Shown piece after piece: positions 37,247-49,515 of a DNA stretch of 64,000 nucleotides (position 1 is the first letter of the stretch; every line of letters starts with the position of its first letter). The position numbers and the translations under genes are program-made. The notes under the pieces were generated by a model. It did not search any database. It was not told the origin of the DNA and worked only from the letters and a program-made list of their open reading frames with translations. Origin of the DNA: Botryllus schlosseri (lineage: Eukaryota); the NCBI GenBank assembly GCA_051294905.1, contig CM119371.1:28460001-28524000 (forward strand). Direction: 5' to 3'.

Positions 37247-37554
37247 GCTCGGTTCGGTCGGCTAGTTCAATTCATTCGCAAGAATTCGTCGTAATAAATA
37301 CGTTCTGCGAAAAAAAATGAAGGCACAATTAAGTATTTCAGACGGAGACGATTCTCACTCACTCAGATATTACGCCAGACAAGACCACTAGATAGCTGTC
37401 TAATCAAAGTGAAATGCCAGTTACCCAAGTGTAAGGAATTTGTGGAATGTTGCTATGCTATAGGCCCCATTCTAATCTAATTTGTGTTTTTTCACGAAAT
37501 GCGACATGATAACTATTGGACTATAACGCGAAACATGCCAAGCTTGGTATACAG

Positions 37555-38001
37555 CAGTGGTTCTCAAACTGTGGTACGCGAGCGTATTTTTAATTGTTTT
37601 CAGTCTACAATTTGCTGTCCTTGCTGTAAACCACTATAAACACACACGGCACTACAGTTGTGCAGCAATTTCACGATGGTATCATCGAGGATTCACATCA
37701 AAGAGAACGAAGCATCTGGTATTGACTAGCTTGGTTTCTAGGGCTAACATATCAATGCATTATCAGTGTATTTTAACCATGTCGAAACTAGAGTGAGTAT
37801 TATTCAACATACATAAAGTATGGATTCATCGAAATCGAAAATGTTTGCTACTGTGCGCGCTTTGTATGAAAACCGTATTTAACGCGACCATGAAGCCCAG
37901 CCTGCTAAAACGGCACCTTGATTAAAAAGAATTGTGGATCCCTTGCCTTGGCCATTGAACAAATTAGTGGTCCGCAACCGGAAAAAGTTTGAGAAACACT
38001 G
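37555..38001. mobile_element. Charlie/Buster-like MITE
   Basis: Ends CAGTGGTTCTCAAAC...GTTTGAGAAACACTG; TSD GTATACAG, with the right copy carrying a GCCTA insertion. Confidence 0.8.
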
Positions 38002-38039
38002 GTAGCCTATACAGGCATTTGCTATTGAATTCCGATTTG

Positions 38040-38400
38040 ATATGAACTGAACTATCGCCTGTCACAATTTTAAGCATAATCTGGATATGCAACAACCATT
38101 TTTATGCTCTCTGCATAGAAAAATGGTGTTAAAAATGAATACCGTAAATGTTTATAAATTTTCAATTCGACATGGAAGCTATAATCTGAATTAGATAAAA
38201 ATGGTTATTAAATCCGAACGAATACAGAACTGTTCAATTCAAAGGAGATATGTCTACTTTGTCTAGCAAGCGAAATTTTAGTCTATTGGACCCGAATTCC
38301 CTGGCCCTTCAAGTTCCTCTAATATGGAACTCCTTTCCAACCCATATTAGGAGCAATTCTTTATTCGTATTTAAAACCCCACACCGTGCCTCTCTTGTTG
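38040..38400 (+). mobile_element. Decayed LINE (CR1/L2-group) ORF2 3' fragment
   Basis: Peptide IWNSFPTHIRSNSLFVFK resembles the WNxLP...S...FK C-terminal motif of CR1/L2-group ORF2. Confidence 0.55.
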
Positions 38401-38514
38401 AATCATAGGAAAGCTAAGAGTACCGTTTTTCTAGTGTGAACAAGTACCAGTCAAGTCAACATGGATTGCTTCCCTTTTTTCCATTTGTTGCTACATATCA
38501 TCTTACATCTACAC

Positions 38515-39876
38515 CAGGGGTTCTCAACTTCTCAGTTCCCACGTATAACGGGTATATTTTAACATCAGAAGACGCCGCGGGCCGCAGAACATTATTACCA
38601 TGTATTTGTGGGCTACTGTTAAATTTAGGCTACTGTAGGGTAGCCCATATTTACCAGCCGTATACGGGCGTTTAGTTAATTTTTATGCATTCTAAAGCAT
38701 TAATGGACAGCATTCGTAAGTTTACAATTGCTGTTTTCGTGAGAATATGTATCTACCTGCGGCGCAAGTATAAATTCCTTCATGGAGCGTGCATTGCATC
38801 CATTGCCAAGTCGGTATATGTACCTTCAAACCCTTCCACCAAACAACGGAACTCTCTGTTTCAATGTGTGAGCGAACAAGTATAAATTGTGCTAACTTTT
38901 TCGTTACAGAAGCCATTATCACTTTGAGCTCTCAGTGATATGAGAAGGAGTCTGACGTTTATGGGTCATTTCTGAGCATTTCCCCTCCCCACGTTTGCCT
39001 TTCCAGTATTTCTTCTGCAAATATGTCCACTCAGATAAAATGCACCCAGAAAATTAGCTATGCAATGTCTGTGAAGTCGGTGGATTCGTTCAACGCTATG
39101 CTAAATTAGTCTACGCCGCAACGTGTTTCAGAACATGCGATAAAAGATCAACTGACATTGCTGCTACTCTTCTGGTCACGGCGGTTGAATCAGACAACTG
39201 TAGCTTCGAAATTTGTCGGGTAATGTTTTCCTCGCTGCTAAGTTCCGGAAACAGCGAATATTCGCACAATATGTTAAAGTTTTATTGTAATCACACCTTC
39301 TCTAGCAGATTTCTTGGGTTCAGCGATATTCCAATGCGTCTGTAACGTCGTCGGCAATTTTAAAAATGCCTCGAAATATGGATCGCTGGGCTTGACACCA
39401 ACTAGCAGCGTTTTTTCTAAGAGCAGGCGATATGCAACTCCGGAAAAAAGTTTTGTGGATCATTTTAATCTTCTACGCTACAGTTCTTCAACAAATATGA
39501 CTGATCGGTTTTCCATTTATATCTGAGAAAGCAATTTCATTGTTCCACGCGGAGTTACAAACCCAGTTTTCACTGTTTAATTTCCCCTTTCCTGTTCTTG
39601 TTTCTGTTCAAACCATTCGCGGTGAGTGAAGTGGGATTCTCTTAAACCTGAGTCCTGACGAATACTGATTCAAAACGATAACAATCTAAACTTGAGCATA
39701 TATCAAGAGACCAGAACACATCAAAGAATGAGTATTTAAACGAAACAGATACGGTGCGATAAGAGAACTAAAAGTAACTAAATTATTATGAGAAAATACC
39801 GTGCCAGCAGTGATTGCGTTCATAGTGAAAGATGTCGCGGGCCGCAAAACAAACGTCTGCGGGTTAAGAACCCCTG
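38515..39876 (-). mobile_element. Buster/SPIN-like hAT deletion derivative with transposase remnant
   Basis: TIR CAGGGGTTCT/AGAACCCCTG and exact TSD ATCTACAC; minus peptide LFPELSSEENITRQISKLQLSDSTAVTRRVAAMS resembles GTF2IRD2/ZBED5-type transposases. Confidence 0.88.
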
Positions 39877-42800
39877 ATCTACACTGCCAGTCTCAGTTTT
39901 CACTGTTATACTGTGTTATATGTAATTTATAACCAATTTACTCCTATCAGCCGCAGTAGACTCAATAATCAACAAACCACTTCGCTGCAGCTTCATCTCG
40001 TGATTTAAAATCATATACATTCTACGTGACTGTGTATAGCCTACAAATACACTTGTACATGTATGTATAGTTTGTTTTTGAAAATAATACTGCACAATGC
40101 GTATATGTCTGTACCTATCTAAGCTTTTGCTATTTTTATTGTTTGTTTTTGCGATATAGTGAAAAATTTCTCCCTCTCTCTCACTCTCTATACAACCCCC
40201 TACATTCATTTTCAAATATAAATTACATTACAAATCCCTGAGATCATGATGAAGACAAGAAGTACCAAAACTGTGTGGTACATCGAAGATCACTGTATCA
40301 TACCTGAATCTTAATTCTGAATACAAAAACATATCGATATTTCACAGCAATAAAGCCAATAAAGGCTGTGGCGAGTTACCGATCAATAGTGATACCAAAA
40401 GAAGCGCCAAAGCACAGAGGGTTTAGGTTTCAAATGAATAGATGAACACCATGCATCCATTGCTAAGAGGATTACCTAAATGTGACTAACATGGGAACAA
40501 ATTCTGCAATCAAAAAGCGATATTGGTTGGTTCCATTGTACCACCACATTCACACCTCACTTCAAACCCAGAGTGCACAGGAGAATAGCGCTATTGCGGG
40601 AGGTTTTTTTTGGCTCTGTTCAAAGCTAGCATGGTGCGATAGTATTAAAAATATGCATTCGGCATGGCATGGGTGAATTTGCTTATAGTAAAGTGAATTA
40701 ATTGGGAGACATAAAATATAGTATGGTTGATTTGATATTCATATTACACATCTCGTGTGTTAATGAACGCAAAGGCGAGCTTGTCACACATGATATCCGA
40801 TCACTCTGATAGATTATTGCAGCTGTGTCTCGAGTAATATGATCTGCACTGCTTTGAAGAGCTGCAAAGCCAGTTGAATGTAGTTGCAAAATGAATGCAT
40901 ATTCTTATACAAGACAGAGCCATGACATGAATCTAATTTCTAAAATTTATACTGACGATGCTGAAACCAATTCCTCAGTCTTGCTTGGTGCACAAAAGAT
41001 GCTCAAAATAGCCAACCGAGCTGCAGATATGGCTAAACTCATCGCAACTCCTACCTTCAGAGAATTACCAAACAACTGGTAGTGCCCCTGAGGCTATTTG
41101 CTGTTCTAGCCAAACATATAAGCAAATAAGCTTATGCACTGAATTCCTGTTAGACAAGGGAAGTGAACGTAGCGCATACCATACAACTGTCTGATGGCTG
41201 AAATGATACAATGGATTCTAATTTTTCGAAGTGTGATATTATTGAATTCCTAAAACTCTATGAATAAACAACTTTCAAGGGGCACCGCCTCTTCCTCGCC
41301 AGTTGAATTAATAGTGTTCAATGGTGGCACGACTCCGAGTCCCCGCTGCTTAATCCGTTACTGGCACGAGACCACATCAAATTTAGAGCGCATGCCTCTT
41401 TCACTAAATGAAGATACGAAGACAAATGTTCGACTGTAACATCCGACAGCTGAATTCTTTCATCATCAACCAACATATTTCGTAATCTCACAGGACAACT
41501 CAAATATCCCCTGGTTTATTACCTGTTACTTCCTGAGGTGGCAAGTAACTGAGTGCCTCTACTTTATTAGATTACTCATGTATATGTACAATTGTACATT
41601 TTGCTTAATTGCACTTCTACTTGACAATTTTATACGCAAACTAAAAACTTTTGGCCCCTTGGATTTTGTAAAGTAGAAAACATTTTTGTGATATGTTTGC
41701 GTCAATTTGCATAGTGAAATTGTCATAATTGGCAAACAGTCCTTGCATCATGGTAAACGAATATATATTCGAAATTTGCACTCGTATGTATTGTCATTAG
41801 TCATTTTTCGTTTGTAGCGAAGATACATCTTGCAATTCCAAAAGACAAACGTAGCTCTGATTAACTGCTTAAAACAGCGGTCACCAATATTTGATTTGAG
41901 ATTTCGGAAGAACGCTTAGTAAAGCATTTTGAAATGCTGAAGTTGATTTCAGTTTGAATATACACGGTATATTGTTGTTGTTCAAAATAAGCTATTCTCA
42001 TGTGCCCAAACATAACTATTCCTCACTAGCTGATATGGCTTCGGCGATGGTAATAGCATCCCATGGAGAAAGAATTAGCTGATGTGAATGGGCATATTGC
42101 TTTGACGTGAAATGGCCCAGACACTGCCAAGGCCGAGACGCTTAGAAAACGACTTAGGGCTTCCCCACGAGTTCAAGCTTTACGAGAGATAGTTTTCCAG
42201 TGTGTGCCGTGCCTAGCTATTAGCTAACCCCAATATCGATACTTTGGTCGCTGAAAAATGTTGTCAGCTACCATGCGCAGTTCATGGTTCACCTAGAATG
42301 AAAGTGATGATAGTGATGTTTCTGTTGTATTTCAGTATTTGTATTTCTCTAGTAAAATTTTCATTTCTTTTGTGATAACTATGTTAGAGAGCGCTGACGT
42401 AAAGTTTTAAAACGTGGTTGTTAAACTGTGTGGCCTGTTTCATCTCGATAATGACTTAATGCCGTCTGTGGCCTCTACGAAATTTGAAAATGGCCAGTTA
42501 TGACCCCCGGCTTGAAAGTGTGTGATGCCTCGACTTCACATACTTTTCCTGAAAAGTACTTACTTGAGTATGTTCACAGTCTGCAAGTAGTTTACTACGT
42601 TACTCCCACTTCTGCTTGAGTAGCATAGCTGACGACTTTGACCACATCCGGAAATTGCCTAGCGTGTAAGTATAGTAGACAGTCCAGTATGTATAGATAT
42701 TTTGACGCCTCATTTTGCATAATGATATAAATTAGGACACATGTAGCATACAGATCACGGACAAGCATCAAAGGTCACATTCGATAACTAGAGCTTGGCA

Positions 42801-43178
42801 CAGTGATTGAGTACTAGAATCTGAATCCAGCATTAATTCTAATGAACCGAGTTGAGTAATGAGTAATACAAGATGATATTTTCAAGGACCGTACTGAAAT
42901 CATACGCTCCATGACTCTTATTAGTAAATTTATCAACGAAAATTATAGTCTCGATAGTATTCTCTACTTGAAACCTTGATAGGCCATAACACAGCGTACA
43001 AAACGTGCAGTACAAAGCTAAGGATTACCTTTCTGTGTTATGCGACTGCCACTATATTCTTGTGGTAGCATAAGAGGTACATATAAATTCCATCGTAATT
43101 CAACAAGGGCTGTAATGCATACCCTCAGAATTGTCCAATATTTACAAATGTTGGCAAACGTTAACAATTCCGATCGCA

Positions 43179-43595
43179 TTACCGTGAAACTTGACAGCAC
43201 TATTATTCATTTATAGCTTTTTGGGCTACCCCTATTTCATATAGCCTTGCCTACTCATATTAGTGATATCACAAAAATAAATTAACTGTCCCTCTAAATT
43301 CCAAGTCTACCTATGGCCGGCCAAATGATCACATTACCGTGAAACTTGAGGGCACTATCATTTATTTATAATTTTCACATAGTTTACTCGTTAGTGATAT
43401 CACAAAAATGAATTATCTGTCCCTCTACATTCCAAGTCTACCTATGGCAGGGCAAATGATCACATTACTGTGAAACTTCAGGGTACTATTATTCGTTTAT
43501 AATTTTCATATAGCCTAATCATTAGTGATATCACAAAAATAAATAATCTGTCCCTCCCTCTACATTCCAAGTCTACCTATGGCAGGCCAAATAGT
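43179..43595. repeat. Tandem repeat, 3 units of ~130-155 bp
   Basis: Unit ATTACCGTGAAACTT...TAGTGATATCACAAAAAT...CCAAGTCTACCTATGGC starts near 43179, 43334 and 43465. Confidence 0.85.
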
Positions 43596-45086
43596 TACAC
43601 AGCGCTCTAGCGCGAGTGCTACCAGCAAACAGAGGTATTGTAACGTAACAATTATGGCGAGTGGCATTCATATTCCTGTTTTCAATCGACACCTAGTTAT
43701 AGTGAAGGGAATCCAGGCATAAATTACAGCTTCACAATTGATGAACGGCCTGTTGACTTCCCAATTCATTTCATTGAAATCGGCGAAGACAATGCAGAAA
43801 AGTGCACGCAAAGGATATCAATTGTATCGACTAGGAGCTTGTGATTAGTATACTAAACAGCATATGCATTAAAATAATTACAGTAAACTTATCCTTACTC
43901 TGCATCCATGTGTAATTTACATTTTTGTGCTGCTACGAACATTGAGCATGATATACAGCTTATCTTATCATGGATGTCAATGATATTTGTTGACTGCAAC
44001 AGACGGAAAGAAAGCACCTCAAAACAGCTGTGTTGATCTCAAAGAACCCTGCAAAGACTAAGCCTGAACATGATGCTACAGCAAACCATGCAGTTTAATC
44101 CCTGGAGGCTAGCTAAATTATAGACTTTACATTGCGAGCTGACTGTGTGTACAATGCCAACGAGAAGTTCATAGTACGCAAAATGCATTCATTGCTGTTC
44201 AGTGTTCATATTTCAACTATCATGTTATACAAATATTGGATGAAATTTCTCTTGTTAATCCACTGAGCAGATGAAGGAATGATAAATAATAGATTTATGG
44301 CCACACCACAATTTAACACAAACCCCTCAATTATGGAAAAATCGCTTCACAAAATTGACTACTATACGAGAAAAAATAAAAGAACATAATAGATTGGTTT
44401 TAATCCAATTTGCCCAAGAAAACAATTAAAGCAGATTAAACTCCCACATATTATATAATGTGTGTCAATTGAACCAAAAATTAAGCTTCGCAAAAGAATA
44501 GCCTAGTCATTATATCATGTCATACCACAAATTACACTAAAAGAGGTACCGGTACCGCGATCATGGCTACAACACAATTACCATTATAAATTTACAAATT
44601 CAGAGTTGAGCTACCTCTCTTTAATGACACATGATATGAGCCCACTTTGATTCAAGTTAATAAAGGGCACAATGCCACTATATTGGATTAATGGCTGATC
44701 TTGTAGCCAGGGACTGGAGTGGAAAATTAAACAAAACTGGTCGTGTTTGAGCTACTGTAGCACTGATTGCGAAAATATATATTATAAGCAAATCAGCAGA
44801 CTGGAAATTGTCTCGAAATCGCGTGAAAAATAAGCATGGTTCTGAAGAATCGGAGTGCTGTAATACAATGACCTATTCGCGTCGTGTGTTGATTGCCACA
44901 CCATTGAGAGTTTTTTCAAAGTTGAACCGTAACAATTCCTGGTATTTGACTGCGCCCCACTCCCAAAATAGTAGTCTATGCATATCATTGTCCAATTTAC
45001 AAGAAATGCTCAACTCTGTGCATAATTACAGATACATTCAAGAAACTTTTTGGTAGAATCAGCAAGCACTGTTTTATACGTCGTAT

Positions 45087-45598
45087 CAGGGTTGTAACCA
45101 AGTCACTAGGCTCCTAGTCACAAGTCAATTTTACTTATATAGTTTTGACTCGAGCCATTTTCAACTCACCACCGAGTCACCTCCGAGTCCAAGTCAACGA
45201 GCAGAGTGTCGAGTTCGAGTCATGGTATTATGACCCGAGTCCAAGTCATTATGTTGACTGCTCAGTTTCCAGTTAAAGTCTTGTAAACCTACTTTTATAA
45301 CTGTTTGGTGATATCGAATGGTTCCCATTTATATTATACTAATTTTCCTCACTTTTAGCAGTTTCTGGTCGCATTTTCAAGTTTCAGTACCAATAGACGA
45401 AATCCCAATATTGTCGTTACTTTACTCTTTTTTGAAATTGCAATGAAATGTTGGTGTTGGCTGTCTGAGTCTCGAGTCATTTGACTTGGTTCGGTTTCAC
45501 ATGACTCGAGTCCAAGTCGAGTCAATACACAGATTGACTCGAGTCAAGTCGAGTCATTTCCGCATGCTGAGAAAATGACTCGAGTCATTACTACCCCG
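45087..45598. mobile_element. GACTCGAGTC-family MITE
   Basis: Ends CAGGGTTGTAA...TTACTACCCCG; aligns with 3310-3878. Confidence 0.8.
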
Positions 45599-45858
45599 TA
45601 TTGTATCACAGCAAAAATTGCAACCAGATCAGGTCCTAATACGAGTATTGTGTTTCAAGAATGTGCGTTATTTAAATTCAAACATGCATGTTACGAATGA
45701 CCAAGACAGCCATCCATTCAACTGTCATTGCATATGACCTTGAATCTTGATGACTAGAAAGCTAACCAAGCTTCCCGTTTCTTCTGAATAGCCTGTAACA
45801 CCTTGTATTTATCTACTTATGTAGGGCGATCTGCTCTCGAGTACAGTATGTATAACTA

Positions 45859-46291
45859 TAGGGCTGGGCACTATGATTCGAGTACTCGAGCTGAGCAGTA
45901 AAAGTTGATTTTTTCGAGTGCTTAAATTATACGTTTCTTGCCACTGAAAGTTAATTAATCAACGAGAATTACAATTTCGATACCAATTTCTAATGTGGAA
46001 GGTTTGAAACCTCGCTTGGCCGTATCGCAGCATACAAAACGTAGTACAAAGCTACTAATGTTCCTGAAAATAACACATTTCCAAAGTCATGATCATCCCA
46101 CAACATAGCCACGAAGTGCTTTAATGTGATGGATAACAGGCATCATATTCTTTGAGGTGGCATAAAAGGTTACTCATTTGATCTTTGACATATTACATTA
46201 TGTTATGACGCCATAATGAGTGATACTTGAATCGAAGCATATTCCGTGACTCAGAATCGAATCACTAAGGTACTTAATTTGCCCAGCCCTA
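45859..46291. mobile_element. TAGGGCTGGGCA-family MITE (also 59923-60438 and partial 42790-42980)
   Basis: TIR TAGGGCTGGGCA/TGCCCAGCCCTA; internal alignment to the other copies. Confidence 0.82.
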
Positions 46292-49283
46292 TGTCTGAGA
46301 TATTTATACTAGCCCAAACACGAGACACAAGATAGGTCTACCAGAGACGCCTCGCATTGGGACGTAATCATGCCACAGAGATTGCTACGAGACAAAATAG
46401 TTTGAGAGTCATAGGTAACTTGGGTCAACTTTGACTATACGCTCATTGACATCACAATCAACACGCAGCGCTCCGATTGTTCAGAACAGGGAGCAATGCC
46501 GATATCCAACTTCCAGGGTTATTTTGGGGGATCTGTATGGAATCGGTGTCGTGTGCTCACACTACGTTTTATTTTTTAATCATTTTTCATCAAATTACTT
46601 CAGCTCGGATAATCATAGCTGCTCACCTGATATATCAGGCAAAACGGCCAGCGATTCCAGTCGGGTTGGGGGATTACAGTGCCCTGACCAGATTATAATT
46701 TATGTTATTGGAATCAGTGCGACGGTGGCTTTTGATTAAGACCAGTTTATCAAGTTTCACACTCGGGTGACCAGCCAATATGGAATCGGTGTCTTGTGCA
46801 AACCAAAGATTCTACTGATTACACACAGGTATGACACTGAGATGCGTCTTGGCACACCAAATATATTACGCTAAACGTACCGGGATTCCGACCTGGGTGA
46901 CCAGCTATATATAAGATTACAGATTATTCAAATTGACCGATAGATGGTAGATTTGGAAGATTTTTTTCGAGTGAAATTGCATGTAAATCATTCATACACC
47001 ACGAGTTTAGATGTGGTGAAAATATAGGTACAATATTGGTCATGTTGAGAGAATAGAATGGTCAGTTTTGCTTCAGAACTTCTGTAGAAATCTTACAATC
47101 TTACTTCTTCCATGCTCATTTAAATAAGAATATTGAATATTATACGACTCTCAATTCATTTACGACTGAAACTGAATACGTCACGGTCACGGGAGTCTAA
47201 ATTTGACATCAATTATATAGTTAGTCTTTCTATCCCTTGTTATTTATCTAGTACTGCACCGAAGGTAACCTTACTAACGGTAAGTTTTAGCGAACTAACG
47301 CTTCGTCTTGGTGTTACTTGAAAGCTGTAATATTGGCAAAGCACTGGCATTGTAATAGCGGAGCTAAACCAACGCGTGCTACAACTGGTACGGCAACCAA
47401 ACAACCGTGATATTTTTTTAACGCGAGCAGCAGCTTTCGATAATTCGATATGACTCATATTGTATCGATCCAAGCTCTATGAGAATTCCACATGAATATT
47501 ATTATCCAATTATTTTAACAATGCAAAAGCACCCGAGGTTGACCTGGGTTAATTTTGTGAAATACATATGCAATTTCAGCCGGTAACGCAAATCCAAAAC
47601 AGAAGCTCGAAACCCAATCAAGCGTGAAACCATGCGGAATAAAAATCAGTCGTTTTGCAGCGTGCGAGTTTTCCGAAAGCTGCTGCTTAGGAATTTTTCT
47701 ATAGGACATCCTGTCGGCGTATGCGGGCCACTCGCGTCGGTCATATTTAGTACATTTGAATTCCTTGACTTATCTATTAGACCCGTGCGAAATATTCCAA
47801 ATCAGACGTCGCGTAGGTCATGATTTCAATGCTTCTATCGCAAGTAGACCTATAAAAATTGCTGCAGACGAGCTGCTGTCCAGTGTCCGCGGAACAAGAA
47901 GGTACAGCACGCCTGTAACCCGCTGTCATTTTAGGATAAATTGCGCACATATTCACTAATATTTTTCCTGCAGAAGTGATTGAATCACCATGGTATTGTT
48001 TACGTAAGAATGCTACTATAGTGAGCCCTCACGTTACGGTACCACGACCTGACAAATCGATCTCGCCTTCCGTCGCATGCGACCTCAGTTTGTCGTTTTG
48101 TATCATTTTCTTTTACTTTTCATTCATTGTGCATGCCTGCATACGTCGCCTAGGCCCTGTTGTTTGTCTGATTTCAAAGACCGCTCCAAGTCGTTTCGAA
48201 ACCTTCCTATCCTGTGGTGGTTTGAATTGGTGAAAATTCTTGATCAACTGTACTGAACGGTTAATGTGGCCTCACAGGCTCACACCTGGCTGGCAGAATG
48301 GTCCGGTGCTCGCAGTCAAAGCTCAATTTAGTCCAATAATTGATTATTTTATCAGTTGCAAACACCACAAGATTGCTATACAATGAAAGAATAGGAAGTA
48401 GTTGAAGCATCTCAATTCATACAGCCATGCAAACTCAAGTCTCTTCGCAACTACTTCATTTGCATCGATTGTATTGCAATTCTTGTGTTATCCTAATCTA
48501 TTGTAATGAAATGATACTAAGAACCATCTTGGCCTATAGATAATAATGAAGGCCCATGTAGATATGGGACATGTTGGCCTACAGCACCTAACGATTAAGA
48601 ATGAAAAGTACGGTAGTTGAAAATGGAAGCTTCTATTCATTCTGTAGAATCTGCTTGAAGGGGCTATTGCTCATCAACTGCCGCATTGCCAGTGAAACAG
48701 CCTATCGTTCCACAATTGTAATCTGTCATACCGGTACTTCAAAAGAGTTTACGTTCTTCTGTAATTTATGGTACCGTAATTCATTGAACAGTGTTAATGA
48801 AATGAATGAAACACAATCGTTCTTAATTGGAATTTTAGGGGCTCGATAACGCAACAACACTTTGTAAGGCTAACTTGGATTCTGTCTCCATAAATAACTG
48901 TGAAGTGTATACAAAAATGTGCACCATGGTCTAGTCTGGAAACATTGGTTGTTTTCTGCAATTAGTTTAGCGTGACAGAAGGGTTTCTTGCATATAATAA
49001 CGCAGTAATTGAATGTGAAGTGGAGTGTGTCATTACTACCAATTCTAATCTGGGTCAGAACATCCTGCCCCATCATTTTGTTGATGTGACATGCCAAGTT
49101 ACTGTATTTAACTGTTTGCTCCAAAATATAAGAAAACAACCGATATACCGATAGTGTTATCTCCAAGACTCCAACATACTTGACCTTCCTATGTTCCTTT
49201 CCAATCTAGGATTCTATGCACTGTTGCTGAATATCCATGTCATTGTCATCTTGATTTCCAGTTCTTATTATATTCATTGCAAG

Positions 49284-49515
49284 ATGCCCAATAAGAAGCC
49301 ACCGAAAAACGCTTTTAGCTTTTATCTGGACGACGCGATGTCAAAATTGCGTAGACAAGGCAAGGTGATCAATTCGAAGCAGGACGCCGTGCCTTTCGCG
49401 CATGGAGAATGGCAGTCGATGTCGGAAGAGGAGAAGGCGCCGTACAAGGAGAAAGCTGCAGATTGGAAGATGAGAGTCCGGGGCACTGTTCGGCGGGGTC
49501 GACTGGATTGCTCAG
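49284..49515 (+). CDS. MAEL: Maelstrom exon 1 (HMG box)
   Basis: HMG-box motif; upstream acceptor gatttccag ends at 49261; donor GT at 49516. Confidence 0.88.

Noticed and set aside
41318..41503. Short minus ORF faintly resembling a hAT C-terminus
   Set aside because: The similarity is too weak and no TIR/TSD was found to support it.
43179..43595. Regularly spaced repeats suggestive of a CRISPR array
   Set aside because: Whole units are repeated with no unique spacers, the context is eukaryotic and there are no cas genes.
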